From positions 17,357-81,356 of the forward strand of contig JAZORD010000010.1 of NCBI GenBank assembly GCA_045656445.1: a stretch of 64,000 bases of DNA, given 5' to 3'. The notes beneath the pieces are model-generated. The model was not told where the DNA came from, searched no databases, and worked only from the letters and a program-made list of their open reading frames with translations. The translations under genes and the position numbers were made by a program. The stretch comes from Eubacteriales bacterium. Lineage in GTDB: Bacteria > Bacillota > Clostridia > Oscillospirales > CAG-272. Shown here piece after piece: positions 37,758-47,537 of this stretch (the first letter of the stretch is position 1; the number at the start of each line of letters is the position of its first letter).

Positions 37758-40640
37758 TTACTCGTTTTCGTCGGAATATCCTATGTCAGGGGTTATCTTT
37801 TCACCGTTCAATATGCCAACAAAATTTTCAACTATTTTCTTGTAGGTAAATGTTGAAACATAGAATGCCGAAACCGCTTCGGTTGCACGATTGCCGTCTG
37901 CATCTATCTGATAAATACTCACCACAACGCGTCTGTCGTCGGCTCTGTAAAACTCGTAAACGTATCTGTATGCTGATGACTTAATTTTGAGCGTCATCCT
38001 CATCACCATATTTTCCGAATTCATTGCCGACGCTCTTTGCTCCTCAGGCATAACGTCAACGTAGGTCATAAGATATATCATTCTAACGGCCTGCTTGAAA
38101 TAGGACGTTCCGAGCGAGTCGGGATAAACCTCTTTAAGCTCAGGGTCGTTCGGGTATAGAACTTCGTAAAGCTCGGTAAGGCTAAGTCCGTCGGAATATC
38201 CCTTCGCCGCCATATATTCAATGAGCTTATTAGGAGTTGAATTACCCTTAGGCGTTGTAAATACGGTTATCTTGTTATGCTCAGCCGTAGCACCCAGAGA
38301 TGACGTTTCATATTTGACCTTTTCGTGAATAAGGTCAAAGAAATATTCACCCTTAATGTCCGAAGTAAGAAATTCCACATTCAAGCTGTCTATATCGTAA
38401 ATATCCATAAGGATTATATTTCTTCTTGCCCAAAAAGACTCGAAATCGCAATCAAGGAATGAGAAATTCTCCGCGGGAATCATCGTTACAATGTCGTACA
38501 TATCCGATGCCACGTACCTCATATTCGTAACGGGGTCAACCTCGCTTACGTAAAGGGTGAAGCCGAGGGTTGAAAGATAGGTATAGTCGTCAAGGTCTTT
38601 ACTTATTTCGGTTGACGTCTTGCCATCGCTGGTATACGCCTTTATGTTTCTCGGAAGCTCAAAATATATCGTGTTTGCGTAAAGGCCGTATTTTTTGAGA
38701 ATCTCCGGAGTAAGTCCCGCCTCAACAACCTTAGCTCCGGATAGTCCTGCCGCTGTTGCGCTCGTGCTTTCATCTGAAACTCCGCCAAGCATCTTTACTA
38801 CCAACTCGCAAGCGGATGAGTTAAGACCGTAGAGCTTATATTTATTTTCAAGCAGATTTTCGTAAAGCGATTCTCCGTAGTACGGATCTCTCTCCGAGCT
38901 GTTCTGAAATCTGAATGCGGTTATAAGCTCTCTTTCCACGAAATAATCTATTCTTGAAATCTTATAGCTTTCAAATTCCATAAAGTGCTCGTAATACGCC
39001 GTTACGTAGGAATCGAAGGAAATATTTACGTTTTTAGCAGGTCCCTTGCCCAAAAGAGCGTTTTTAACAGCAAGGTCTTTGCCCTCGGTTATCGCGGATA
39101 AATCCAAAGCATAGCTTTGACTTTCAACTACGGCACCGTCGACCTCTATTGAGTAGCGGTAGGTTACGATTGAATCAGCGGTTATTTTTTCTATCTCTTT
39201 TCCGTTTTTATCGTATACGAAAACGATGTCGGTGATTATATATCTTGCGCTCTTTGTAAGAGCGTTTGCCTTTGTATAATCAATCTCAAAGCTTATATAC
39301 TCGCCCTCTGAAAGCTGCCCTATGGGCGTATTTCTTAGATTTGCCGCAGCGTCCGCCGGTATTACGGGAGAGGATAGGTCGATAACGGCGTGTCTTGCGT
39401 GCGAAGCGGTTGCCTCGCCATCAATAGTAGAAGTGTAGGTAACCTTGATAAGATTGTGGGATTCGCCCGCAACCGCGCCCTGCTCGGTTATATCTGCGGT
39501 GTCGGTAAGTATGGCTTCAACGGCAGTGACCGTGTAGACGTATTTTTTAGAAGCGCTCTCGCCAAAGGTTATATAATTGGATTTTGCCGGTACGGTAACT
39601 ATAAGCTCCTTGTTCTGAACGCCGTTTTTTGCTCCGACAAGAAGATTTACAAGCGAACTATACCCCTCTGTGTCCTTGAGCTTTTCAAGGTCTAGTTCAA
39701 TTACACCGTATCCCGTGCTTCCGTATCCCGAAAACATCGGGTCCTCAGACTTTGCGGTATATACTCTGTCAGCGTAAACAACGACCTTGGAATCCGGCTT
39801 TACCGCCTCGCCCTCGGTATCAGTAAGCTTGTTTTTCCATTGATAGTATCCTGTTGTGAGATACGGACCGAAGCCCTTATCGGCAGACAGTCCCGGCGAT
39901 ACTACGAGTGCTTTTATAAAGCTCGTGTAGCTCTGCACCGCGTAATCGTAATAGTTTGTCGTAGATGAGTAAACGTACTGTCTGTCGTCCACCATAAAAT
40001 AATAACCGGTTCCGGATATATTCTTAGCGCCTATCTTAACAGTGCGGTTTTTTTGATTTCCAAGCTCGTCCTCATAGGTAAAGCGAACGGTTCTTGCTTT
40101 GCTTTCGCTAAGGCCGTATTCCTCAAGCTGTCGCGCTCTTTCACCCTCGTCCGCCGCCACGGGTATTCTCTCTGCAAAATAGGGCATCTGAAGAGCAATG
40201 CAAAGATAGTCGAGCATCGTGTATCTTGAAAATCCGTCACTCGTTTCTACAGCATAAAGCTGAGAATAATCGAAGCTTTTGTCCTCGGCGCAGATGGTGG
40301 GATAATACACGCGGCGCTCGCCACCGGCATCCACGTAATACATTGTGAACGCTCTTTCCCCATCAAGCTTAGCAAATCCGAACTCTCCCTTTTCGTTGTT
40401 GACGGAAATGTATTGAATTTGATTTATATCGTTAATGACAGGATATGCAAGCGTTGAGCCGTTCTGCCTTGCCTCGCCCTCAAGTATTTCCGGATGCTCA
40501 ATCTTTATAGGCTCGTTGCCTTTGTTTGAAAGAATTATAGCCACCGGTATACATACTGCGAGCAAAATCAAGAATGCAACTGCAAGTATAATAGCCGCGC
40601 GCTGTTTTTTTGTTATTTTAGGTTTTGCAATATGCTTCAT
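37758..40640 (-). CDS. Membrane-anchored 960-aa extracytoplasmic protein, DUF4340-like (by position and N-terminal pattern)
   Basis: Single N-terminal TM helix (AAIILAVAFLILLAVCIPVAIIL). The remainder is beta-rich with no catalytic motif. It starts 9 nt after the GldG-like gene, and DUF4340 proteins classically follow GldG-type genes. Confidence 0.45.
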   Translation of the reverse strand: MKHIAKPKITKKQRAAIILAVAFLILLAVCIPVAIILSNKGNEPIKIEHPEILEGEARQNGSTLAYPVINDINQIQYISVNNEKGEFGFAKLDGERAFTMYYVDAGGERRVYYPTICAEDKSFDYSQLYAVETSDGFSRYTMLDYLCIALQMPYFAERIPVAADEGERARQLEEYGLSESKARTVRFTYEDELGNQKNRTVKIGAKNISGTGYYFMVDDRQYVYSSTTNYYDYAVQSYTSFIKALVVSPGLSADKGFGPYLTTGYYQWKNKLTDTEGEAVKPDSKVVVYADRVYTAKSEDPMFSGYGSTGYGVIELDLEKLKDTEGYSSLVNLLVGAKNGVQNKELIVTVPAKSNYITFGESASKKYVYTVTAVEAILTDTADITEQGAVAGESHNLIKVTYTSTIDGEATASHARHAVIDLSSPVIPADAAANLRNTPIGQLSEGEYISFEIDYTKANALTKSARYIITDIVFVYDKNGKEIEKITADSIVTYRYSIEVDGAVVESQSYALDLSAITEGKDLAVKNALLGKGPAKNVNISFDSYVTAYYEHFMEFESYKISRIDYFVERELITAFRFQNSSERDPYYGESLYENLLENKYKLYGLNSSACELVVKMLGGVSDESTSATAAGLSGAKVVEAGLTPEILKKYGLYANTIYFELPRNIKAYTSDGKTSTEISKDLDDYTYLSTLGFTLYVSEVDPVTNMRYVASDMYDIVTMIPAENFSFLDCDFESFWARRNIILMDIYDIDSLNVEFLTSDIKGEYFFDLIHEKVKYETSSLGATAEHNKITVFTTPKGNSTPNKLIEYMAAKGYSDGLSLTELYEVLYPNDPELKEVYPDSLGTSYFKQAVRMIYLMTYVDVMPEEQRASAMNSENMVMRMTLKIKSSAYRYVYEFYRADDRRVVVSIYQIDADGNRATEAVSAFYVSTFTYKKIVENFVGILNGEKITPDIGYSDENE

Positions 40641-40649
40641 GCGGCCTCC

Positions 40650-42374
40650 TTACAGGTATTTGCGCTTAGCGCATACAATGATTCCCACTATGGCTAAAGC
40701 AAGCGGAATAGCCGCTGCCACAGCAGTGTAGATTATTATAGCTTTGTTAGTGATACCGTGGTTCTCCTTTATAACGATAAGACCCTTGCCGGGATCTCCG
40801 TCCTTGTACTTGTTTGAATAAAGAGTGGTATCCTCAGCACTCATAGCGGTAGAGGTTATGAGCTTTCCGCCGCCGGATGCCGAGTTGCCCGAAAGCGCGC
40901 CAAGGTCCATTGATGCATACTCATCCACTCTTGATATATTCGAGATTGCCACGGAAAGAATATCGTAGTTTGCATACGAAGCCTCTGCAAGAAGCCCGTT
41001 TGAAAGGAAGTTTGGACTGTTAACACAGAAAAGATAAGAATAGGTCTTTTCGTTGGCAATAGGATCTATTTCGCTTCTTACGGTAAGCGCGGCAATGTGG
41101 TACTGACCGGCAGCGCCGTCAAGCACCGTAGTTATCTCGTCCGTCGCCCCATCGCGCAGGTATCGCTGAGCGGTGGACGAGGTTGCAAGGTAAGGGGTGT
41201 ACTGTCTTGTTGCGTACCCGGTTCCCGACTCGCTTACAGCCAAGGATTCAACGAAGGAACATTCAACCGTGCCGGTATCTGAAAACACCGTAAGCGGAGC
41301 GCTTGACAAATCTGCGTATTTGCCGTAAAGAGCGTATCCGTAGCTGTCGGTATTCGTGTCGTACTGCGCGATAATATTCGTCGCAGTATCGTTTTCGTCC
41401 TTAAGCGAAGATTCCCTGTCAACCACGACCGAATCACTGAACTTAAATCCCCACTCGTGAAGGAAATTCTCAAAAACGGGCAGCTTGACTCTGTAATCCT
41501 TAGTCACCATAACAGCGCCCTGCTTCATAACGAGATATCTGTCCAGCTTCTCTGTATCCGATACGTAGAAAAATTCATCAAGCCTGTCCTTGTCGTAGGT
41601 GAAGTCTGTTTTCGGATTGTTGATGATGAGAAGAGCGCAATCCTCGGGGATTCTTTCAACCTCGGAAAGCTTGAGTGTTTTTATCTCAAGTCCCCTGTCG
41701 GAAAGAAGGTCGGCAAACGCTGCCATAGACCTACTCATCTCGCTATCGGTATTATTGGGGTCGTAATATGTTTCTCCGTGGTCTGTAACGAAATATGCTT
41801 TAGGCTGGCTTATTGCCGTTACCGACCTTATGAGAGTTGCTATGCGGTATTCTCCGTTATAGTAGCTTCCGTTATTATTACCGCTTGCCCAGAAGCTGTC
41901 CAGAGTAGAAACTCTGTATCTATCTCCATAGGAAACGATGATGTTGGTGGAGTCTATCTGGCTAAGAGAGGTGGTTTTATATTCTGCAACTGAGGTTGGA
42001 TTCATTCTTACGTTTACTGTTTCCACCTCTATGGCGTCAGGATATCTGTTATGCATCTTGAGAGCCATAAAGTAAACAAAGCGCGCCTTAGAAGAAGCTA
42101 TAAGATAGTCGGGGTCTGTGCAGAAGGTTATCTTAACCTTTTTATCAGTGCCGTCAGAGATAATCTTATCCGACATAGCGTCGCACTCCTCAACCATGGC
42201 ATCACTGAGGCTGTAAAGTCCCTCGGGCGTCATATCAAGGAATATCGTTTTTTGCTGACCGAAATAAGCAAGAAGGAGATTAAGAACGAGGATGACCACA
42301 ACAGAAGCTATGGTAATTACGGTAAAAAGCTTGGTTCTTTGGCTCTTACCTTTAAATAAGTTTGCTTTCATCAC
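40650..42374 (-). CDS. GldG-type ABC-transporter auxiliary protein (copy 2)
   Basis: 574 aa with one TM helix at each end bracketing an external domain of about 480 aa. It is a paralogue of the upstream ORF (shared ...FC...FVY..A....RYPD.IE...VN... block). Confidence 0.6.
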   Translation of the reverse strand: MMKANLFKGKSQRTKLFTVITIASVVVILVLNLLLAYFGQQKTIFLDMTPEGLYSLSDAMVEECDAMSDKIISDGTDKKVKITFCTDPDYLIASSKARFVYFMALKMHNRYPDAIEVETVNVRMNPTSVAEYKTTSLSQIDSTNIIVSYGDRYRVSTLDSFWASGNNNGSYYNGEYRIATLIRSVTAISQPKAYFVTDHGETYYDPNNTDSEMSRSMAAFADLLSDRGLEIKTLKLSEVERIPEDCALLIINNPKTDFTYDKDRLDEFFYVSDTEKLDRYLVMKQGAVMVTKDYRVKLPVFENFLHEWGFKFSDSVVVDRESSLKDENDTATNIIAQYDTNTDSYGYALYGKYADLSSAPLTVFSDTGTVECSFVESLAVSESGTGYATRQYTPYLATSSTAQRYLRDGATDEITTVLDGAAGQYHIAALTVRSEIDPIANEKTYSYLFCVNSPNFLSNGLLAEASYANYDILSVAISNISRVDEYASMDLGALSGNSASGGGKLITSTAMSAEDTTLYSNKYKDGDPGKGLIVIKENHGITNKAIIIYTAVAAAIPLALAIVGIIVCAKRKYL

Positions 42375-42382
42375 ATCACTCC

Positions 42383-43903
42383 TTATCTGGTCCTTCTTCT
42401 TACTATAACCACAACACCGACAGCGGCAACAGCCACAGGAACGAGCATAATTACCGCCGTGTATAGCTTCGCTGTGCCCATCTTGAGATTTTCAAGCATC
42501 TGAGTGTCGTACATCACGGTGTTGCAGCCGTATGGCAGATTCTCCGCCCCAAAAAATTCATCGAGGAGCGAATATACGAAATCTTTATTTGAATAGCCGT
42601 CGGTAACAAGAGCGTCCGACACGGCAAGATATATACTGGGGATAACGAATATTTTAGCGGTAGCCTCTTCTGAAGAAACCTCAGCGTATGCGGCAACGCA
42701 GAACGGCCCCTGTGAAGAAACCGTCGCGCCCCCCGCCTCAAGAACGGCGGCAGATGATGTTATCAAAAGGGGCTTTGCGTTTTTTGAAAGCTCAAGAGCT
42801 GACGCTTCTCTTACCATAACGCTTCCGTCACTGTATTTTGAAACGTTTTCGGAAATACTCTTTGCAAGCTCATCATCCGAAAATTCCGTGACGAGCGTAA
42901 AACCGTCGGTGGTTATTGCGTTTCTGGTGTCTTTTATAATGTTTCTGAATTTTTTGCCGGCAACGGTTTCGGTAGTAGAAAATTTTATGCCGCAATCAGA
43001 TAAAAATCCCTCGAGCACGGGAAGCGTTTTAACGTATGGGTCAAGCTCAACGTAAATGTTTCCGCCGCGCTCAGCGTAGGTCCTAAGACGGTCGATTTCA
43101 GCGCGTATTCCGCTTCCTTCTCTTGCAGCTTCAAAATCGCTTGTTGGGTTAGATATTACGAGAAGGTCCGCATCGTCCGGTACCTCCTCTTTTCTAAGGT
43201 CTAAAACGTCAACGTAGTAGCCCGCAGAGGATAGCACATTTGAAAAGGAAACGTCTGCCGTTTCGCCGTGATACTGGGTGAAATAGGCATTTTTGTGCTC
43301 GTTTGCCGTTACCCACGAAATCATTGCCGCCATAACCTCCTCTCCGTTATACGAGGTTGCCACGCCCTCGGAGTTAAGGGTGAAAAACGGTGAATATCCG
43401 GCTGCCGTAGCAACGTCAGTGACTACTCTGTAATTATTTCCGCATTCGAATATAACCGAGCTTCCGTATATCGGGGTTTCATTCCCCTGCATATCCGTCT
43501 GATATTTTGAAAGAGAAACCAGTTCTCCGTTTTTGTTGCGTCTTGTTATAATGTTGACGTAGTCAAGCTCTATAAAATCGGGATATCTTTGCTCGAAATA
43601 CTTTGCAGTTGTGTAAACGAATCCGCCAGTGTCGTGCTTTTCGACCTCTTCCTCGGAAAGACAGAAATATACGGTTACCTTCTTCCCGTCCTCAATAGCC
43701 TCGGCAAAGAGCGAATCGGTTGCTCCCGAAATCGAAAGGTCGTCACTCTCCGGTTTGTAAAGATATAGCCCGAACAGTTCAACCAGCGTATATAAAAGGA
43801 CGTTCATCACAGCTACGACGGCAAGCGCCAGCGCCGTCATCGTAGAAGCGGAGAATTTCTCCGTGCCGAGCGTGTCCTTAATTTTTTTCTTGATGCTCTT
43901 CAT
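42383..43903 (-). CDS. GldG-type ABC-transporter auxiliary protein (copy 1)
   Basis: Start moved to ATG 43903, with GGAGAA upstream. TM helices at both termini with a large external domain. It follows the ABC-2 permease. Confidence 0.6.
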   Translation of the reverse strand: MKSIKKKIKDTLGTEKFSASTMTALALAVVAVMNVLLYTLVELFGLYLYKPESDDLSISGATDSLFAEAIEDGKKVTVYFCLSEEEVEKHDTGGFVYTTAKYFEQRYPDFIELDYVNIITRRNKNGELVSLSKYQTDMQGNETPIYGSSVIFECGNNYRVVTDVATAAGYSPFFTLNSEGVATSYNGEEVMAAMISWVTANEHKNAYFTQYHGETADVSFSNVLSSAGYYVDVLDLRKEEVPDDADLLVISNPTSDFEAAREGSGIRAEIDRLRTYAERGGNIYVELDPYVKTLPVLEGFLSDCGIKFSTTETVAGKKFRNIIKDTRNAITTDGFTLVTEFSDDELAKSISENVSKYSDGSVMVREASALELSKNAKPLLITSSAAVLEAGGATVSSQGPFCVAAYAEVSSEEATAKIFVIPSIYLAVSDALVTDGYSNKDFVYSLLDEFFGAENLPYGCNTVMYDTQMLENLKMGTAKLYTAVIMLVPVAVAAVGVVVIVRRRTR

Positions 43904-43965
43904 TTGTTCTCCATTCTGCCGCAAAAAAGCGGCGCAATCTATTGCTTGTTGCTTTCAAATAGCGG

Positions 43966-44673
43966 TCACCCGTGCCGGCGACGGTCATAGATGCGAATGG
44001 TAAGATAAATGAATATTGCCGAGATGCTGAGGTAGTATATCAGCGACGCTATATCAAAGTATCCGTTCACAAAGCCCTGGAACCTTGAAAATACCGATAT
44101 AAAATCAAGCACGTATCTAAGCCAATAGGACGACGGAAGGAGCGAGGAAAGCACTCCTATAAGAAGAAATGCAAGTATTATCGCTATCGTTCCCACAGCC
44201 GATGCAAGCTGATTTTCTGTGAGTGAGGAAACGAACAGTCCTATTGATATGAAAACCATTCCGACAAGCAGTATAGCGACAAGATTTCCAAAAAGTATTA
44301 TAAACTTGAGCGCCGCGTAATGATTCAGTATCAAAAAGTAAAAGGAGTTGAATATCATACAGCCCGCAAACATCGAATAGGCTGCAAAAAATTTTCCAAA
44401 AACCATTCCTATGATGGAAATCGGGGCGGTAAGAAGAAGCTGCTCGGTTTTTATCTTGCGCTCCTCGCTGAAGGACTTCATTGTAAGAAGCGGAAGTATT
44501 ATACCGGAGAAAATCATCATATAAGTGAAAAACGGGGTTACGTCAGCGCTCATAGAAAACAGAGTGGTATAACAAAATACCGCTCCGCCAAGAGCTAAGT
44601 AAAGAACGAGAAAAACATATCCTATCGCGCTCGTAAAATAAGAGCGCATTTCCTTTTTAAAAACTGCTAACAT
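43966..44673 (-). CDS. ABC-2-type transporter permease (GldF-like)
   Basis: 235 aa with six TM helices. It lies immediately downstream of the ABC ATPase (18-nt gap). Confidence 0.8.
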   Translation of the reverse strand: MLAVFKKEMRSYFTSAIGYVFLVLYLALGGAVFCYTTLFSMSADVTPFFTYMMIFSGIILPLLTMKSFSEERKIKTEQLLLTAPISIIGMVFGKFFAAYSMFAGCMIFNSFYFLILNHYAALKFIILFGNLVAILLVGMVFISIGLFVSSLTENQLASAVGTIAIILAFLLIGVLSSLLPSSYWLRYVLDFISVFSRFQGFVNGYFDIASLIYYLSISAIFIYLTIRIYDRRRHG

Positions 44674-44691
44674 TTAATCTATCCTCGCCTT

Positions 44692-45669
44692 TCAGTGCGC
44701 TTTTCCGCGCTTTTTTTGATTTTTCTCCACCTCGCCGTTAGAGCTGTCAACAAGCCTTATGAATATTGATTCAAGGTCTGTTCCTACCGGCATCATTCCG
44801 ATAAGGGGCCAGTTCTTTTGAGCGCAAAGCGCGAATATCGGCTTTCTCGCATCAACTCCCCTGTCGCTCTCTACGAGATACGCGTAAGAATCCGCATCGC
44901 GCTCACCCGTTGAGGTAACACTCTTAACTCCGCGGATTTTTGAGAGGGCGGACTCAACCTCTCTTGCCGGGCCGCATATTTTCGCGCGGTAGTGATAACC
45001 GTCCTCAATCGTCTTTGTAAGGTCCTCTGTTCTCTCGTTTGCAATAATTTTTCCCTTGTTGATAATTATCACGCGCTCGCACACGGCCTGAACCTCGGCA
45101 AGAATATGTGTTGAGAGAATTACGGTGTGCTTTTTTGCAAGAGCGCGGATAAGGTTTCTCACCTCAAGAATCTGCTTGGGGTCAAGTCCCACCGTGGGCT
45201 CATCGAATATAACGACCTTCGGGTCGCCTATAAGCGCCTGAGCGATGCCGACCCTCTGCTTATATCCCTTCGAGAGATTTTTTATAAGCCTGTGCTTTAC
45301 GTCAAGCAGTCTTACCGACGCAAGTATTTTACCAAGATGCTCGTCCTTATCAAGCTCACAGCCCTTAAGTTCATAGACGAACTCCAGATATTCCATTACC
45401 GTCATTTCGGGGTATACGGGCGGCTGCTCGGGCAAAAAGCCTATCATTTTTTTCACTTTTATCGGGTCTTCAAGAATATTGACTCCGTTTATGTATGCCG
45501 AGCCTGACGTAGTTGAAAGATAGCCCGTGAGTATATTCATAGCGGTGCTTTTGCCCGCGCCGTTAGGTCCGAGAAGACCTACTATCTCACCCTCTGCTAT
45601 TTCAAAACTAACGTCGTTCAAGGCGTAATTTGAGCCGTAACGCTTAACAAGATGGTCTGCTCTTATCAT
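44692..45669 (-). CDS. ABC transporter ATP-binding protein (GldA-like, with C-terminal extension)
   Basis: Walker A GPNGAGKST, signature LSKGYKQR, Walker B VVIFDEPTVGLD, plus a C-terminal domain of about 100 aa. Confidence 0.93.
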   Translation of the reverse strand: MIRADHLVKRYGSNYALNDVSFEIAEGEIVGLLGPNGAGKSTAMNILTGYLSTTSGSAYINGVNILEDPIKVKKMIGFLPEQPPVYPEMTVMEYLEFVYELKGCELDKDEHLGKILASVRLLDVKHRLIKNLSKGYKQRVGIAQALIGDPKVVIFDEPTVGLDPKQILEVRNLIRALAKKHTVILSTHILAEVQAVCERVIIINKGKIIANERTEDLTKTIEDGYHYRAKICGPAREVESALSKIRGVKSVTSTGERDADSYAYLVESDRGVDARKPIFALCAQKNWPLIGMMPVGTDLESIFIRLVDSSNGEVEKNQKKRGKAH

Positions 45670-45821
45670 TTTCAGTATCGGATTTCCGACGTCCTTTCAT
45701 ATATTTACGCGCCATACGCGCTTACTCTACACGATTACACATTATAACATATAATTATAAATAAACTGTTAACAAACCGCAGGCAAATATAAGATATTTG
45801 AGAATATGGGTCGAATAAGCC

Positions 45822-45850
45822 TTGACAAAATATGCTAAGGGATGTATAAT
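45822..45850 (+). promoter_or_regulatory. Sigma-A promoter of trpS
   Basis: TTGACA, a 17-nt spacer, then TATAAT. Both hexamers are perfect, and the leader is only about 25 nt. Confidence 0.8.
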
Positions 45851-45880
45851 TTCGGTATACAAGATTTTTCAGGAGCAGCT

Positions 45881-46876
45881 ATGAACGGAGATAAAAAAAC
45901 GGTTTTCTCCGGCGTTCAGCCGTCAGGAAACCTCACGATAGGAAACTATCTCGGAGCAATAAAAAACTTCTCAAATTTTTCCGAGGAATATAAAACATTT
46001 TACTGCGTAGTCGACCTGCACGCCATAACCGTGCGCCAAGTTCCCGCAGAGCTTCGGCGCAGAACCTACGAAACGCTTGCACTTTATATTGCATCGGGTC
46101 TTGATGAAACTAAAAATACGCTTTTCGTGCAGTCACACGTGCCCGCGCACGCCGAGCTTGGCTGGATGCTTGATTGCTATACAATGTTTGGCGAGCTGTC
46201 AAGAATGACTCAGTTCAAGGATAAAAGCGCGAAAAACGCCCAGAACATAAACGCCGGACTTTTCACATACCCTGCGCTAATGGCTGCTGACATACTTCTT
46301 TATCAGACCGACCTCGTTCCCGTCGGAATAGACCAAAAGCAGCATCTTGAGCTGGCGCGCGACGTGGCTATGAGATTCAATCAAATATATGGGGACACCT
46401 TTACCGTTCCCGAAGGATATATTTCCACCGATACGATGAAGATAATGTCGCTTGCCGAGCCAACGCAAAAAATGTCAAAATCCGACCCTAATCAGAACGC
46501 AGTTGTCTACATTCTCGACTCAAAAGACGATATAATGCGCAAATTTAAAAAGGCAGTTACAGATTCGGAAGCGGAGGTCAGATATTCCGAAAACAAGCCC
46601 GGCGTGTCAAATCTTATGACCGTTTACAGAGCCTTTACCGGCAAGAGCTTCGATGAAATCGAACGAGAATTTTCCGGACGGGGATACGGAGATTTCAAAC
46701 TCGCAGTAGGCGAGGCCTGCGCAGACGGACTTGCCCACGTGAGAGATGAGTTTTCACGTCTTATAGCCGACAAGGCTCATCTTGAAGCAATAATGAAAGC
46801 AGGGGCTGACGAGGCGGCGTACTATGCCCGCCGCACGATGTCTAAGGTCAGAAGAAAAATCGGATTTGTAAACTGA
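45881..46876 (+). CDS. trpS: Tryptophan--tRNA ligase
   Basis: Start moved to ATG 45881. Class-I motifs SGVQPSGNLTIGNYLG and KMSKS (QKMSKSD). About 331 aa. Confidence 0.95.
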   Translation: MNGDKKTVFSGVQPSGNLTIGNYLGAIKNFSNFSEEYKTFYCVVDLHAITVRQVPAELRRRTYETLALYIASGLDETKNTLFVQSHVPAHAELGWMLDCYTMFGELSRMTQFKDKSAKNAQNINAGLFTYPALMAADILLYQTDLVPVGIDQKQHLELARDVAMRFNQIYGDTFTVPEGYISTDTMKIMSLAEPTQKMSKSDPNQNAVVYILDSKDDIMRKFKKAVTDSEAEVRYSENKPGVSNLMTVYRAFTGKSFDEIEREFSGRGYGDFKLAVGEACADGLAHVRDEFSRLIADKAHLEAIMKAGADEAAYYARRTMSKVRRKIGFVN

Positions 46877-46978
46877 TTCAATATCATTCAGAATTAAGCC
46901 TTTGCCGCTTTTCTCTCTTTCCTTTATTTTGGAGGAATTGAGGGAGATTTTTGAAAATCACAATTTTTTAAAAAGGTA

Positions 46979-47007
46979 TTGACAAAGCTTTTCGTTTTTG
47001 TTATAAT
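46979..47007 (+). promoter_or_regulatory. Sigma-A promoter of tRNA-Thr
   Basis: TTGACA, a 17-nt spacer, then TATAAT. Both hexamers are perfect, and the -10 lies about 35 nt upstream of the tRNA 5' end. Confidence 0.8.
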
Positions 47008-47042
47008 AATTTGCGTCCTGCGGAAATATTCGTGGACGGAAC

Positions 47043-47118
47043 GCTGCTATGGCTCAGTTGGTAGAGCACATCCTTGGTAAGGATGAGGTCCCCGGTTCGA
47101 ATCCGGGTAGCAGCTCCA
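47043..47118 (+). tRNA. tRNA-Thr (anticodon GGU), CCA encoded
   Basis: Hand-folded cloverleaf:
- acceptor stem GCUGCUA / UAGCAGC
- D arm GCUC-AGUUGGUA-GAGC
- anticodon arm CAUCC-UUGGUAA-GGAUG
- T arm CCCGG-UUCGAAU-CCGGG
- discriminator U followed by CCA. Confidence 0.93.
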
Positions 47119-47123
47119 AACAA

Positions 47124-47161
47124 CCCCGAAGCTCAATTGAGCTTCGGGGCTTTGGCTTTTT
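47124..47161 (+). terminator. Intrinsic terminator after tRNA-Thr
   Basis: 11-bp stem CCCCGAAGCTC / GAGCTTCGGGG with loop AATT and a T-rich tail. Confidence 0.85.
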
Positions 47162-47232
47162 ATGGGTGATTTATTTAAAATCCGGTTTGGCAATCAGCAA
47201 GAAATTCGCGCGCCTAAATTTTAGGTATTTTC

Positions 47233-47424
47233 TTATTCCATATTCATGTTTTGGTGACACTCTGGCTTTTCGCTTTTTAAAAATGCCTTGACCTTACACA
47301 AAACGTCGCCCGCCATTTGCTTGCCGCACTTAAATATGCTTATAGCTCCCACGGCAGCAAGTGCGCCTACGGTTAAAATAACGCGCGTGCTGTGAGTTTT
47401 TCTCTCGTTTTTGCTAAAAAACAC
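47233..47424 (-). CDS. Hypothetical small single-TM protein (63 aa from GTG 47424; 77 aa if ATG 47466)
   Basis: GAGGAGAGA lies 6 nt upstream of GTG 47424, whereas ATG 47466 has no RBS. There is one hydrophobic helix (VILTVGALAAVGAISIF). I recognised no family. Confidence 0.3.
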   Translation of the reverse strand: MFFSKNERKTHSTRVILTVGALAAVGAISIFKCGKQMAGDVLCKVKAFLKSEKPECHQNMNME

Positions 47425-47487
47425 TGTTATTCTCTCCTCTTCGCTTTTATATATCTTTACACGCATAAGAAAAAATATTTATTTTGA

Positions 47488-47516
47488 TTGACAATTTTTT
47501 TATGCCGTTGTAGAAT
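47488..47516 (+). promoter_or_regulatory. Sigma-A promoter of the Sel1-repeat gene
   Basis: TTGACA, a 17-nt spacer, then TAGAAT. Confidence 0.7.
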
Positions 47517-47537
47517 AAGAAAAAAGGGGGTGTTAAA

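Noticed and set aside
45670-45880. I expected a Trp T-box or other leader upstream of trpS.
   Set aside because: A perfect sigma-A promoter sits only about 30 nt upstream of the ATG. There is no room for a T-box, and no T-box sequence is present in the intergenic region.
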